Source: Callorhinchus milii
Taxonomy: Eukaryota
NCBI RefSeq assembly: GCF_018977255.1
Contig: NW_024704743.1
Span: 88,972,001-89,036,000 of the forward strand
Direction: 5' to 3'
Length of the DNA: 64,000 nucleotides
Shown here piece after piece: positions 1 to 12,680 of the stretch (positions are counted from its first letter, which is position 1; each line of letters starts with the position of its first letter). Both the position numbers and the translations under genes were made by a program. The notes beneath the pieces are model-generated. The model was not told where the DNA came from, ran no database searches, and saw only the letters and a program-made list of their open reading frames with translations.

Positions 1-307
1 GGATAGAGCTTAGAGGTAGATGACAGGTAACCATGTGAGGGCGAGAGAGAAATTTGAAGAAACAAATGCTCGGTTCACACTGGACACTGCAAATTTACAT
101 TAACATAAAATCGTCAACCTGTGTAAATTTTACCTCATGATCTTTCATGTACAAATCCTGCTATGTCATTTTGATCCCTTATCATCATCCAGTCTTCATT
201 GCACTCGGTATCAAAACACAGTATCTTCCATAACCATTGTTCCAATGTCAATATAGGCTCAAGATATCAATATCCTGATTTCCTCGTGCATTCTGAAAAT
301 TTATAAT

Positions 308-756
308 ATCAGCCTGGTTCAATGGTAGCCCTCTCGCCTCTGTGTTAGAATGTTGTAGGTTCAACTCCCAGATCGGGACTTGGAATCACATAGTCTAAGC
401 TGACACTCCATTGCAGTGTTGGGGGATGTGTGGGAGGGTGGGGTGTGTCGCATTTTCAGAGGTCCCATTTGCCTGTTCAGGTTGATGTTAAAGATCCCAT
501 GGCACTATTCAAAAAGAGTAAGGGGTTACTCCCAGTGTCCTGTCAAAAATACCCCAAATGATAAAATTAGTCACTCACTCCATGGCTGTTTGTGGGACTT
601 TGCTGGGCACAACTGGCTGCTGCATTTTGCCCACAAAATACACAATCAAATCATATTATAATATATCCTGTGAGTCAAATCACTTTACAGTATATCACTT
701 TGAGGTGTATCAATGATGAGGGCCTATGTCAAGTGCAAGGATTATTATTATTCTTA
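308..756 (+). mobile_element. Deu-domain SINE (SacSINE1/AmnSINE-related), near full length
   Basis: tRNA-like head, then gcctgttcaggttgatgttaaagatcccatggcactattc...gtgtcctg (Deu core), then the L2-like tail. Confidence 0.8.
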
Positions 757-1682
757 TTACAAGAAAACCCATAGTTGCTGCTTCCCCCTAGATAAAACAA
801 ACAGAAGTGCAACAATTCAAGGTTTGTTGGGCAGACTGTTTTCATAGTTTGCAATTTTCCAGACAAAATATTGCCAATGGGAAATAATGCAGATTTTTGT
901 ATATTGTATTAGATTTTTCATTTTGTAATGAGACACATGGTAAAAGGAGAATAATATAATAAAAACTTTTACAAATCAAGAGAAGCAACTGTAAATTAAA
1001 CAAGATTTAAACACATTTACAGTTAAACATATTTACAGTCAATATGGTAAACATTTTCTAAGCATATTTTAATGTAGATAAGTAATGCAGTTTTGAGATA
1101 ATATTATTTTCCTGCTATTTGAACAAAAATAATATCCTACTAAATACTCGTTGTAGTTTGTAGGATGTATTTATGATTTCGATGTAGATTTGCAGTGATT
1201 GTATCTGCAATGTCTGTTTTTGAGTAATCTGCTTCAATCTACAGACAAAGTGTTCTGCACATTCATTTACAGTGTCTCTGTTTCTTCTACTCAATTTACA
1301 AATGTATAAAAATATAAATATAGAGACAAGACACAACTAAATCCTCATCAACAGAATTGTGCAAATACCCCTTGCTTGCTCCTCATATTTCTTTATTTCA
1401 CAGACTGCTTATACAGTATTGTAGCAACACAACTTGATACCTGTTCTTTGCTTTCACTTGGAGACAGGATTCTTCCAGCTCTGCTCCTGTTAACCCTGTA
1501 ATCAAAGTCCTAACAGGTAGAATGGGGTAGTCTTAGCTGGACAAGCAATGGGAAGCTTGCCAGAACGTGCTCTCAAAGGCAAGCCATATGGTTTAGCTGG
1601 TTAAATTCCAACTCCAGGTATCCCAATGTACACTTCTCAAATCTTGGCTCTTGTCACTTGCACCTAATACTGTCTGAGGGGA

Positions 1683-1995
1683 ACACAGCAGTCAATTTGC
1701 ACACAACGAAATCTCACAAATTGCTAGATACTGAATGGTCAGTTTTATCTGGAGGACTGTTGGCCAGGACACCAGAAGAAACTTTCTTCTCTTTCTGAAT
1801 AGTTCTATGGGATCTTTAACATCTGCATAGGCAGAATGGATCTTGGTTTAAGGTCTCATTGTAGGACACTATCTCCGACAACGCAACAATGCATTGCTTT
1901 TGTATAACAGCCAAGACTATGAACTCAACTCCTGACATAGGGATTGAATCCATCATCTTCTGACTCAGATGCAAGAGTACTACCAACTGAGTCAG
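1683..1995 (-). mobile_element. Deu-domain SINE
   Basis: ttggccaggacacc...atgggatctttaacatc is the reverse complement of the Deu core, followed by the head. Confidence 0.78.
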
Positions 1996-3634
1996 TGTGA
2001 TGGATTAGAAAATCTATAAAGATAAATATAACAATCAAAGAATATACTAGTTGCATTCTACGTTTTATTGAGTTAGGTTACAAAATACAGCTTAACATTA
2101 CAAAAAGTCGCATGACCTTTCTGCAACATTGTTTGTAGCATTTATACTTACAGAAATCCTAAACTTTTTTCAGTACTGAATCTATAATGGTTAATATTCA
2201 CTAAATTGACAATTCATGTTTTTTAATAGTTTTAAAAGTTTATTTTAGAACAGACGTAAGTAGGACTAATGCCGGAACAACTTGCACCTTGTGAATGAAC
2301 AAAGCCTGTCATTATTCTCATTGACGATGAGGAAGAGAGTAAATATCATTCATTCCGCTGAGGAGTGGAGGAATTTGCTTGTTGAAAAGTGAAGGAAAGC
2401 TGGGCTGTAGAAGGGTAAGAAAACAAACTATTTTATGAATTTTCTTGTAGTAAAATATAAGTAGTCAAGATTTACTGATGATCACTCTATGGGTAACTCA
2501 TCTGCTTTATTATTATTATTACTATTATTATTGGCAGGACCTGGAAGAGCAGACCAGTCACTGGGGACAGGGATTTATTCCACTCAGCTCCTGTTAACCC
2601 TGCAAGCCAAAATCTAACACGTAGGGTTGTCCTACTTGACGAGGAGCGGAAAAGCTTGCCAGACAGCGAAATCGATGACAAGCTATGCGGTTTTAGCTGG
2701 TTAGACTCCAGTAGCACCGCAATGCTTGCTGGGGTCCCCAAGCCTTGTCTCTTGCAAACCTGCACTTATACCTTCTGGAATTAGGTAAGGAAGATGCGTT
2801 CCTCCAGAGAGAGAGTGCACATTCCATTTCAACAATTCAACTAAAAATCATCTGCTATTTGGGCTCCCATACATTGTTCTCTATAGAAATCTTTCTGGAA
2901 TTTTTTAATTGAGAAGAATGCTAATTCAACTATCAATCAACAAGAAAACCTAAAGAAATCTTCCAATTACACTGTTGTAGAGCATTGGCAAGTGATAATG
3001 TGAGCCATATAGAACTGGAAGGTCTGATTTATTGGAGCATAAAATGTGGTATTCTTTAAAGTGTTCCTTAATTTATTTAAAGGATGCTGTAAGGAACACC
3101 AGAAGATGCTTCCCTCTCTGAATAAGTGATTTGTTCCTCTCGTGGTCCTTGCAATTAGGTGATCTAGGCCCGAAGCTTCTGAGGCGAATGTTAAAAGTTA
3201 ATTTTTTTGAGAGCAAAGATTTCACTGCTGCAAGTCAGATAAACTCTGGGAAAATAATATTTAAACCTAGAACCCAATGTAAGGCCTAAAAGTTGCAAAA
3301 TAAAATCACTTGCTACTGGTCATTAAAAGGTAGCTCTCAGCCCTGAGAGGAACCCTCAGACTTACCTGGAGAGGAGCACCACCTGGTGGTGTTCCTTAAA
3401 AGCATTCATCAAATAAGTTAAGGAACGTATCAAGAAATACTGCAAATTTTATCCCCATTGATCCCAGCACAAGCCACGATAATTAGCTTCAGCACGAATG
3501 GGCTAGCAAGGAGAAAAATGAACCAATGTTCCACTTCTGTTTGATATTCCGTGACTGCTGGTAGAAATAACATGTGTATGAACTGTGCTGTGAAGCCGCA
3601 GGTTGAATATCCTGCCAACATGTGCTGTCTCAGC

Positions 3635-3852
3635 CAATGGTGACCAACCTTTTTGGTCAACCAAGCAAATACATTTTCTTGATTGAATGATTCTTCATTT
3701 ATGGCCACGCTATGGGCATCGCTCAGTAGCCAGTGGAAACAAGGCGCTGATTCAGAATGGAATCACCTGGACTGGGGGCAATGTTTGGCAGGCTACTTCC
3801 TGATGGCCCATGGGCCATTTCCGGCCCGTGAGCCATTGGCTGGCCACCACTG
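3635..3852. mobile_element. hAT-like MITE
   Basis: Imperfect 15-bp TIRs caatggtgaccaacc / ggctggccaccactg; degenerate 8-bp flanks gtctcagc / gtttaggc. Confidence 0.6.
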
Positions 3853-5300
3853 GTTTAGGCTCACGATGAAGGTCACAGGGAGTGACTTGTACCCCAGAGT
3901 GAATGGCCTCGGATTCCAGTAGGATGAGAGAACATTTTGTTTTGATGGTGATGGTGGTGGTGGCGATGGGGGGAGTGGGGGGATGGCAGATTGGAAGGGC
4001 CAGACTAATGGGGTGCTAAAATGTGCTATGCGATGAGATAATTATCAATGGCAATAAATAGCACATGATCGAAAAATGTGCTCCAAACCTATCTTTAATT
4101 ATGGATTGGTTTAGGAGTGAATGGAGGTAATGCTCCCCATTGCCAACCCCCACTCCGTCCGACTTTGGCCAAACTTGCTTGATCGACATCATTGTCGACA
4201 ATTGTGTTTTATCTGTCAGTCAGAGCCTGACTGATATTTCATGTTTTGGGGTGAGGTTTGAATTCCATTTTTATTATTATTACTATTTTTCAGTAATTTA
4301 TTTCAACCTGTCATATATTTCACCCAAACAGCTTGCATAAGTAATTCATTTCTGACATGATGAAGCCAGTGTCCCCAATTGAAACATTCTGTTTGTGTAG
4401 AAGAAAACAAGCCCTTCAGAGTTATTCAAGCATCTTCCCATCTGTTGCACAGTAACAGACCTTCTGCGATCCGCTTTCACTCAACAAGCAACAGAATATT
4501 CACAACCACAGTTTCTTCGTAAAATATCCTGAGAGATTTAAATCTTGTCTGTTCGACAAAGCAGACTTTATCCTGAAACCACCCCCCACCCCATATTTTA
4601 TACATGTGAAAATAACCAGCTGTTGTTTTCTTAGATTTCAGATTATTAATGATTGGAAGGCCAGAGTGCTCATAACAATTAATTGCCTCCTCTCCACAAT
4701 GTATCCAGCGTAATGTGTACATTTACAGTGAGTGTTTTTCTGTTGCTGACTGAGCCAGAGGCATAGATTCAGCCAAATGAAACGCAAATACCAGTTACAA
4801 CATTACAACAATATTGGAACTGCGATTTATTAAAAGAATCTGAACAAACCCAATGTTTATTTGTTTATTTACAGGGTAGTAAGAATGTGACAGGTTGATT
4901 CTTTGTTAAAGCACTAAATTAGATGGATCACACGAGACTAGATACTGGTTGTGTGAACTTGCATAAGCAGATTACCACTCATTATTTGCTCCAATAATTT
5001 CCTATTAATACATTCATTCTTCTCAAAATAAAAGAAAATCAACTGACTATCTGTTTGTACAATTGTGCTTTGAACATTCCAAGCTAATCAAAATGTTCAT
5101 CTCATGGAAACCACTGTCGGGATCATCTCCCATGAACAATCCAGTGAAAGAATAAAAGAAGATTCAATAATCTGTCCGACGAGTTTGGCTCAGCTGATAG
5201 CACGCCAATCTCTGGGCTGAAAGGTTTAAACCTGAAGCTGGATCTTGCTCATATTGAAGGCTGACACCCCAGTGCAGCCCAGGGGAGAGCTGCATTGCAG

Positions 5301-5635
5301 TAATAATGATAATAGTAATAATAATATTCTTTCAATTTGATATAGCGCTTTTCACGTCTTCTAGACATCCCAAAGCGCTTCACAGAATATACTGTAAAGT
5401 GAATTGACTGTATATTTGTGGGCGAACGCGGCAGCCAATTGCACACAGCAATGTCCCACAAACAGTCGTAGATTGAAAATGACCAATTTATTATTGTTTT
5501 TGTTTTTTGGAGGGATTTTTATTAGGCGTGTGGAGTAGGGAAACTTGGCCAAGGTTTCGCCCTGACCTGCCTGGAATTGAACTCAGGTCTCTCACTTGCA
5601 AAGCGAGTGCTCTAACCACTGAGCTACAGGACTCC
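5301..5635 (-). mobile_element. tRNA-Ala-derived SINE, full length
   Basis: Reverse complement near-identical to 23157-23476. Confidence 0.92.
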
Positions 5636-6507
5636 AAGTGATCCTTTGAATGTGACAGCAAAGTTGAAGTTCCACCTTTTGAAGAATTGCTGAAAAATAG
5701 CTTCCAAATTAAGATCAAATTGAAGAGTATTCCATAATAATAATAACGACAATAATAATAATACTTCTGTGTGATCCTATATTTTAAGACAAAATTGTCT
5801 TGCAGGATAAAACTGAACTGAATTTGAGGCTTCAGAAGGGAACAGGGAGAGAAATAAACACTTTGATTCCCTATAATGCCTTGGTGGGAAACTATTACGC
5901 AGAATTGGCTGCCACGTTTCGCCCACAAAATGTACAGTCAATTCACATTACAGTATATTCTGCGAAACGCTTTGAGATGTCTAGAAGACGTGATAAGGCG
6001 CAATATCAAATGCAAGGATCATTATGTCTGAGCACTGGACGTAAAGTGGCAAGATCCTGCCTGTTGTATCAATGGCTTATGGGGGAGGTGAATCTTAAGG
6101 AGAAGAGCAAATTACAAACAAATCCAAAATTGAAATTAAAAATTGCTAACAGTAGGAAATGCTACAGCTTGTCAGCTAGCATGTCTCTCAGCTCTTTCTC
6201 ATGATGCGGGCAAACTGCATCTTCAACAGAATATAGCCTAAAAGTCACATTTACATATAAATTAAATGAGTCACATTTAAGTCGTTCACTGCCAAGGCAC
6301 AAAATAAGTAGGTGTCAGTTAAGTCTCACTTGCAGTGCCACATGCAATAAAATTCCCTGTCCTTTTTCATAACCAAAGCCATGTGATCGGAGCAACTCAC
6401 AAATTTCCTGGTAACAATGTGGGGCAACAATCTCCAGTATCTAACATTCATACACAATGGAGGTAAGCTCTACAGCGTTTCATAACTCTGCAAAGTTTAC
6501 CTCTTGA

Positions 6508-6661
6508 TAATAATAATCCTTGCGTTTGATACATCACCTTATCGGATCTTTGAGATGTCTCAAAGCACTTCACAGAATATGTCACTGCAGCCATGAATAA
6601 ATCGAACCCGGGTCCTCTTGCTTGCGAGGTGAGTGCTCTAACCACTAAGATACAGGATTCC
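6508..6661 (-). mobile_element. Internally deleted SINE (head fused to tail)
   Basis: tRNA head at 6600-6661 joined almost directly to the tail at 6508-6580. Confidence 0.8.
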
Positions 6662-7100
6662 ACATCTGCACCATTGTCTTCTCTATTTGAGGTTTAGTTA
6701 GAAGTTGTGTTTACAAGTTGTGTTTGCATGGTGACTGTTGCTTATCACATTCATCCAAGAATTGTTTCATCATGAGCTGTTAATTGTATTTTTTTTATAA
6801 ATAATCATAACTTTAATAAAATAAACTTTTGGTTTAAGAACATCATCCATGTGTTTTGCTCTTCCATGCCATTTGCCAGTGAATCCTAAATCCTTGGCAT
6901 GCTGCCTGCACCTAAACAGTAAATGGAGTTTCTCCCAGTGGACTGGCCAACAATTTCCCCATCCCAATAAAATTGGTCATTCACTTCATGGCTGTTTGTG
7001 AGGCACTGCTGTGCGCAAATTGGCTGCTCTGTTTGCCTGCAAAACACAGTCACTTCACTTCACAGTGAATCCTGTGAAGTGCTTTGAGACAGATGTGAAA

Positions 7101-9663
7101 GGTGACTTCAACCTGCACTTCACCCTCTCCTCCTCCATCTCCTCGGACTTCTCTTCCCTGCTCTCCTCGCTCAACCTCTCTCTCCACATCAACTCCCCCA
7201 CTCACAGTCACGGCCACCCACTCGACTTGGTGATCACCCGGGGCCTCAGTGTCTTGGATGTCACTATCACCGACAAGGCCATCTCCGATCACCACTTCAT
7301 CTCCTTCACCACCTCCACCCCCCTCCCCACCTCCACCAGACTCACCACCATCTTCTACCGCTCCTGGAAGAAGTTACCCCCACAATCCCTAACTGCTGCC
7401 TTGGAGTCCTCTGAACTCCTCTCCCTCTGGCCTTCAACCCTCACTGACCCCTCTTCTCCTCTCATCCTCCTCCACAACACCCTCTCCTCCACACTCGACA
7501 CTCTTGCCCCATCACCTCCCGTACTGTCTCCTACTCGCGCTCCTCCCCCTGGTTCACCACCCACCTCCTCTCACTGAAGAGCCAGGTGCGGGCCACTGAA
7601 CGCACCTGCCTCAAATCTGGCCTAACGGTCCACCGACAAATCTGGCTGGACCTCCTCAAAATCTACCGCTCCACTCTAGCCTCTGCCAAGTCGTCCTTCT
7701 ACTCCAGGATAATCCTGGAGGCGAAGAATAACCCTAGGCTTCTGTTTTCTACCACATCCCGACTCATGCATCCCCCCCGCCACCCCGCCCAGGTCATCTC
7801 CTCCAACCTTCACTGCGAGGAGATGCTGGATATCCTTGAATCCAAAATCAAGGGAATCCAATCCGCGGTCACTTCCCCTCCAACCTCCACCCACCCCCAC
7901 CCCTCCCGCCCACACTCCGACTCCTACCCATCCTCCCCTACACACTTTCGTACCCGTTTCCCCACCCTCTGTCACCAAACTCATCCTCTCCCTGAAACCT
8001 ACCACCTGCTCCCTTGACCCCATCCCCACTCCACTCCTTATCTCCCAGCTCCACCTCCTTGCCCCACATATCACAGACATCGTCAACCTGTCCCTCTCCT
8101 CTGGCTCTGTTCCCATTCCCTTAAAAACTGCTACCATCACTCCCACCTTGAAAAAACCCTCCCTTGATGCATCGCAGCTATCAAGCTACCGGCCCATCTC
8201 CAACCTCCCCTTCCTGTCCAAGGTCTTTGAAAGAGTTGTCGCCTCCCAGCTGCGCTCTTTCCTCTCCATCCATTCATTATTCGAACCCCTTCAGTCGGGT
8301 TTCCATGCTGCCCATAGCACAGAAACTTCCCTGGTCAAGGTCACCAATGACATCCTGACCATCTGCGACCAGGGCTCCCTCTATCTCCTCGTCCTCCTCG
8401 ACCTATCGGCAGCATTCGATAAGGTCGACCACGCTATCCTCCTCCACCTCTTGTCCTCCCACCTCAACCTTCAAGGCCCTGTCCTTGAGTGGTTTAGGTC
8501 GTACCTCTCCCACCGTCTTCACTTTGTTTCCATGAACGGCTTTTCCTCCAGCCCCCACACTGTCTCGTGCGGTGTCCCTCAGGGCTCTGTCCTCGGTCCC
8601 CTCCTCTTCACCCTCTATATGCTCCCCCTTGGTGACATCATCCGCAGACATGGGGTTAACTTCCACATGTATGCGGATGACACCCAACTCTACCTTTCCT
8701 CCTCTACCCTCAACTCCACGACCACCGATGTCCTGACAGCCTGCCTGTCCGACATCGAGTCCTGGACGAGAGACAACTTTCTTCAGCTCAACGTGCGTAA
8801 AACTGAGGCCCTCCTGATTGGCTCACGTCAGCGCCTCCGCACCTCAGGCGCTGACAGCATCAGCATCCAAGGCTGCACTCTCCACCTCTCAAAACCAGTC
8901 AGGAACCTCGGGGTTCTGTTTGACCCTGAGCTGTCTTTTCTTCCTCATATCCGCGCCACAACTGGCACCACCTTCCATCACCTCCGGAACATCGCCAGAC
9001 TACGGCACTACCTCACCCCTCACGCTGCTGAAACTCTGGTCCACGCCTTTATCACCTCAAGGCTGGACTATGGGAACTCTCTCCTCGCCGGCCTTCCCGG
9101 CACCTCCCTCCACAAGCTGCAGGTCATTCAGAACTCTGCAGCTCGTGTACTGTCCCGCACCAGGCTTCGCGACCACATCACTCCCACCCTCGCTCGCCTC
9201 CACTGGCTCCCCATCCCCCAGAGGATCGAATTCAAGATCCTCACCCTCACCTACAAGGCCATTCACGGCCTTGCTCCCTCCTACCTCTCTGACCTACTAT
9301 CCCCCTACTTACCTGCCCGTACCCTCCGTTCCTCTGGCTCCAGTCTGCTCCACATCCCCCGCCCCAACAGCCCTACCATCGGTGGCCGGGTCTTCAGCCT
9401 CTCAGCCCCTAGGCTCTGGAACTCCATCCCCCAGTGCCTTCGCCGTTTCCTCCCTTTCCTCCTTCAAGGCCGGTCTCAAGACCTTTCTCTTTGACCGTGC
9501 CTTCAGCTCCCCTCTCGACTCTCTACCCCCTCCTCGCTCCTTCCCTTCCCTCCACTCACCCTGACCATTTCCCCCCTGCTTGGGTCCTGACCCAACTGTA
9601 CAGCGCCTTGAGACGTCCTCCCGACGTGAAAGGCGCTCTATAAATGGAATCTTGTTGTTGTTG
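7101..9663 (+). mobile_element. L2 (LINE2) retrotransposon, 5'-truncated, young; endonuclease end + RT + 3' UTR
   Basis: GDFNLH, THSHGHPLDL and SDH endonuclease motifs. RT motifs [25 protein letters not shown] and MYADDTQLY. About three frameshifts. Ends in the L2 tail and (TTG)n. Confidence 0.95.
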
Positions 9664-10622
9664 TATATCAAATATAAGGATTTTTATTATAAATGATTCC
9701 CTATCAGGATGATCTCCCCTTTCCAACTTGTATTCCCCCAACCTCTCTCCAGTTCCCTCCCTTCTCCCCTTCCTCCTGATCACTTTACTCTCCACAGATA
9801 AACAACAACAAAATTACATTTGTATAGCGCCTTTTACATTGGGAGGACAATCAGTGTTTCGGACCCAAAAACAAGCCTTAGGGAATCTGGAGCCCAGGCC
9901 ACAGAGATCCTCATTTGTTCACATAAATTGCAATTAAAAGGCAGATACATGGGACTCAAAGGATTGCTCATTGAAAAAGCCAGCACAGACACAATAAGCT
10001 GAATGGCATTCTTCTGTGCTGTAAATTTCTGTGGTTCTATATTTTTTTACTGTTCAATGAACTCTGAAAAAAAAGGTTTTGTGGTTCCAAAAATCCAACG
10101 TAATAACAGACCACATTCATATTGTAATAGATTGTCCAGATGGCTGTCTCACATTCGAATTAATCACAAGAAGCATAATGACGTATTACATGTTGAAAAT
10201 TTCTGCTAAGAGGTTTCATTTATATTATCTTCACATGATTAATATGCTAAGTGATGGCACTGAATATTCTCAAATTCATTTAAAATCTGATACAAAGATT
10301 GGGTTCAAATTTTTGTAAGAATCCAGGCCATAAGGTTTAAGCAAGGCCATAAGGTTTAAGCTGCTTGGAGTTTAAAAATAAACTTGTAGAATAATAGTTT
10401 AATTTACACTGAAAATAGTAATCTTCCTCAAGTTCAGGAATCAGGGTAAATTGGACTCGTTACACACTAGATTTTTTTTATTGATATAAGGAGAAAATTC
10501 AACTTGGCTCTAATTTTTCTCTTTTTTTATTTCAAAGAATACAGAATTTCAGCAAATTCAAAGTCTTAACTTTGAAATTTTCATGTGTATGTGGCATTCA
10601 TATGTGTTTCCTTTTTTTTGAT

Positions 10623-11666
10623 CAGCCGGGTGTCTGACAAATGTGGAAACCCATCACCATGCTGAAAATTCCAGAGCTAGATGTTCTCTGGATTGGAATG
10701 TGCACTCTGTTATTGGAGGGTCAGATCCTGCTTATCTAATGCCCCAAAGTATGAGGTAAAGTTTAGCAAGAGCCAAGGCTTGGGGACCCCAGAGTGTGCG
10801 TTGGGGTAATTGCTGGAGTCTAACTAGCTAAAACGCATAGCTCGCCATTGAGTACTGCCTGACAAGCCTTCCTGTTGCTTTTCCAGCTAGGACCACCCTA
10901 CCCACTTTAGCTTGCAGAGTTAACAGGAGCTGAGAGAGAAGAGTCCCTGCCTGCATTGACTGGTCTGCCTTTCCAAGTTCAGCTGATGAGCCAGGCGAGC
11001 TGAGTTGTCATTAGCATGGCAGTGGACCCACCTGGCTCAGGAACCGGACTACTAAAATCGCCACAGAAGGTGTGCCTGATTCTGACATTCCATTGCTAAA
11101 CATGCCATCTTGGAGCCACTTCAGCTCCAAGGGGACCCCGCTTACCATCCCGCATGAAATGTGTGAGAGAATTGCCACTGTCTTCTTGTCTGCAGCTGAA
11201 GTCACATGTCCGTTCCCATTGAGCGATGGTTCCATCAGTTGGAGGTGTGGAGTTTAAGCAGCTGCTGCTTGCCTCTCTTCAGGCCAATTAAGGTGGATTC
11301 CAGGTGCTGAATGTACGAATATTTTCATGAACTTGGACCCCAGGTAACACCTTCCAGTTGCTGTTGCCCCAACCCTCAAAGGTTCCTCACCAACTGTCTG
11401 GCGGGCATCTGCCTTTAGTGTGGTGGGCAGACCTTTAGAGGACAGCTTGTGATATGCCAGCCATCTTGATGTTCGCAAGGTCCAAGTCCAATGGTGGTTA
11501 CCAGACTTACTCAGCAGCAGCTGTTTAATCTGGCTCTTCATGTGAGGGCAAATAGACATTTGCTGCTGGTGTTGGCATGTGTAGGTGGGATGCACGGAAA
11601 TCTCAGTTTGGTTTGGAGACTCTTAAGCATTATGATAGGTTTCCGCATGTGTCAGACACCCGGCTG
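10623..11666 (+). mobile_element. Unclassified interspersed element with inverted termini
   Basis: Left end cagccgggtgtctgacaaatgtggaaacccatcaccatgct; right end agcattatgataggtttccgcatgtgtcagacacccggctg. Internal sequence recurs at several other places in the window. Confidence 0.85.
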
Positions 11667-12059
11667 ACAAAAAATACTGCTGGTATTGGTACTTCAAATC
11701 CACAGATAAAGCCAATGCTGCCATCTGATGGCCTTATTGTGTAAGTAAGCAATAAAAAACATCCTACAGAATTATTAATTATATGCACATATTAGTTTAA
11801 AAAATAACGACTTTTTAGATTGAAATTAATACCAGAATTTTTTTTCCCGATCACATACACTCCTATTTTACTGTCAAATTTTCTGTGATGACAAAAGCCA
11901 AGTCCTCCTTAAAAGCTCCAACACCAGCTACAGCTGGTTACATTTAGATGAAAAAAATTGCCCCTTGTAAAACAGCATGGAATTACAGAATGAGTGGGCA
12001 ACTAGCTGAGCAAAGGGGTGAGCACACAATTGGAGTACCAGCATTTGTAGGGAAGCTTG

Positions 12060-12330
12060 GCAGACAATTTGTTCACAGCTGTGTCCCACAATGCCTGGAC
12101 ATTGGGAGAAACTCCCTTCTCTTTTTAAATAGTGCCATGGGGTCTTTAATGTCCACCTGAACAGGCAGACAGGACTTTGGTTTAATATCTCATCCAAAGG
12201 ACAGCACATCAGACAATGTAGCAATCCACCAGCACTGCACTGAAATATCAGCCTGGACAATGAACTCATGCTTGTGCTTGAACCCACAATCTTTGGTTCA
12301 GAGTGTGCTACCAACTGAGCCAGTCTGACT
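12060..12330 (-). mobile_element. Deu-domain SINE
   Basis: aatagtgccatggggtctttaatgtccacctgaacaggcagac core and tRNA-like head. Confidence 0.82.
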
Positions 12331-12680
12331 CATGTTCACAAAGTCCATGTTCAAAGGATCACACTTTACAGCATCATCCTCATCACCAAAGGCAATGGTG
12401 TTGACTAATGGGATTTACTATTATCACCAAATGCACTATTTGTAGCATTCCTGACAAGAGGACATTTCCAGGTGTACGAGGCATACCTGAGTGGAATTCT
12501 CAGTCTGGTTTGGATTCTCTTATGCTTGGTGATGGGTTTCCGCATATGTCAGACACCCGGCTTTCCTTTTCAGTGAAATAACAAGTTATATCACTTGAGT
12601 TGAAACATTGTACTTATAATCAAAAGAAAAAGTTTTCATTTGTCCCATATATTCTTTTAACCAAATATAAACATACTTAC

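Noticed and set aside
10325..10361. Short tandem duplications (also 22358-22404, 23820-23853, 27727-27768)
   Set aside because: Ordinary slippage repeats with no further structure.
10983..11050. Hammerhead ribozyme (CTGATGA followed by a GCCAGG/CCTGGC stem)
   Set aside because: The stem is not followed by the required GAAA, and the 17 kb copy lacks CTGATGA.
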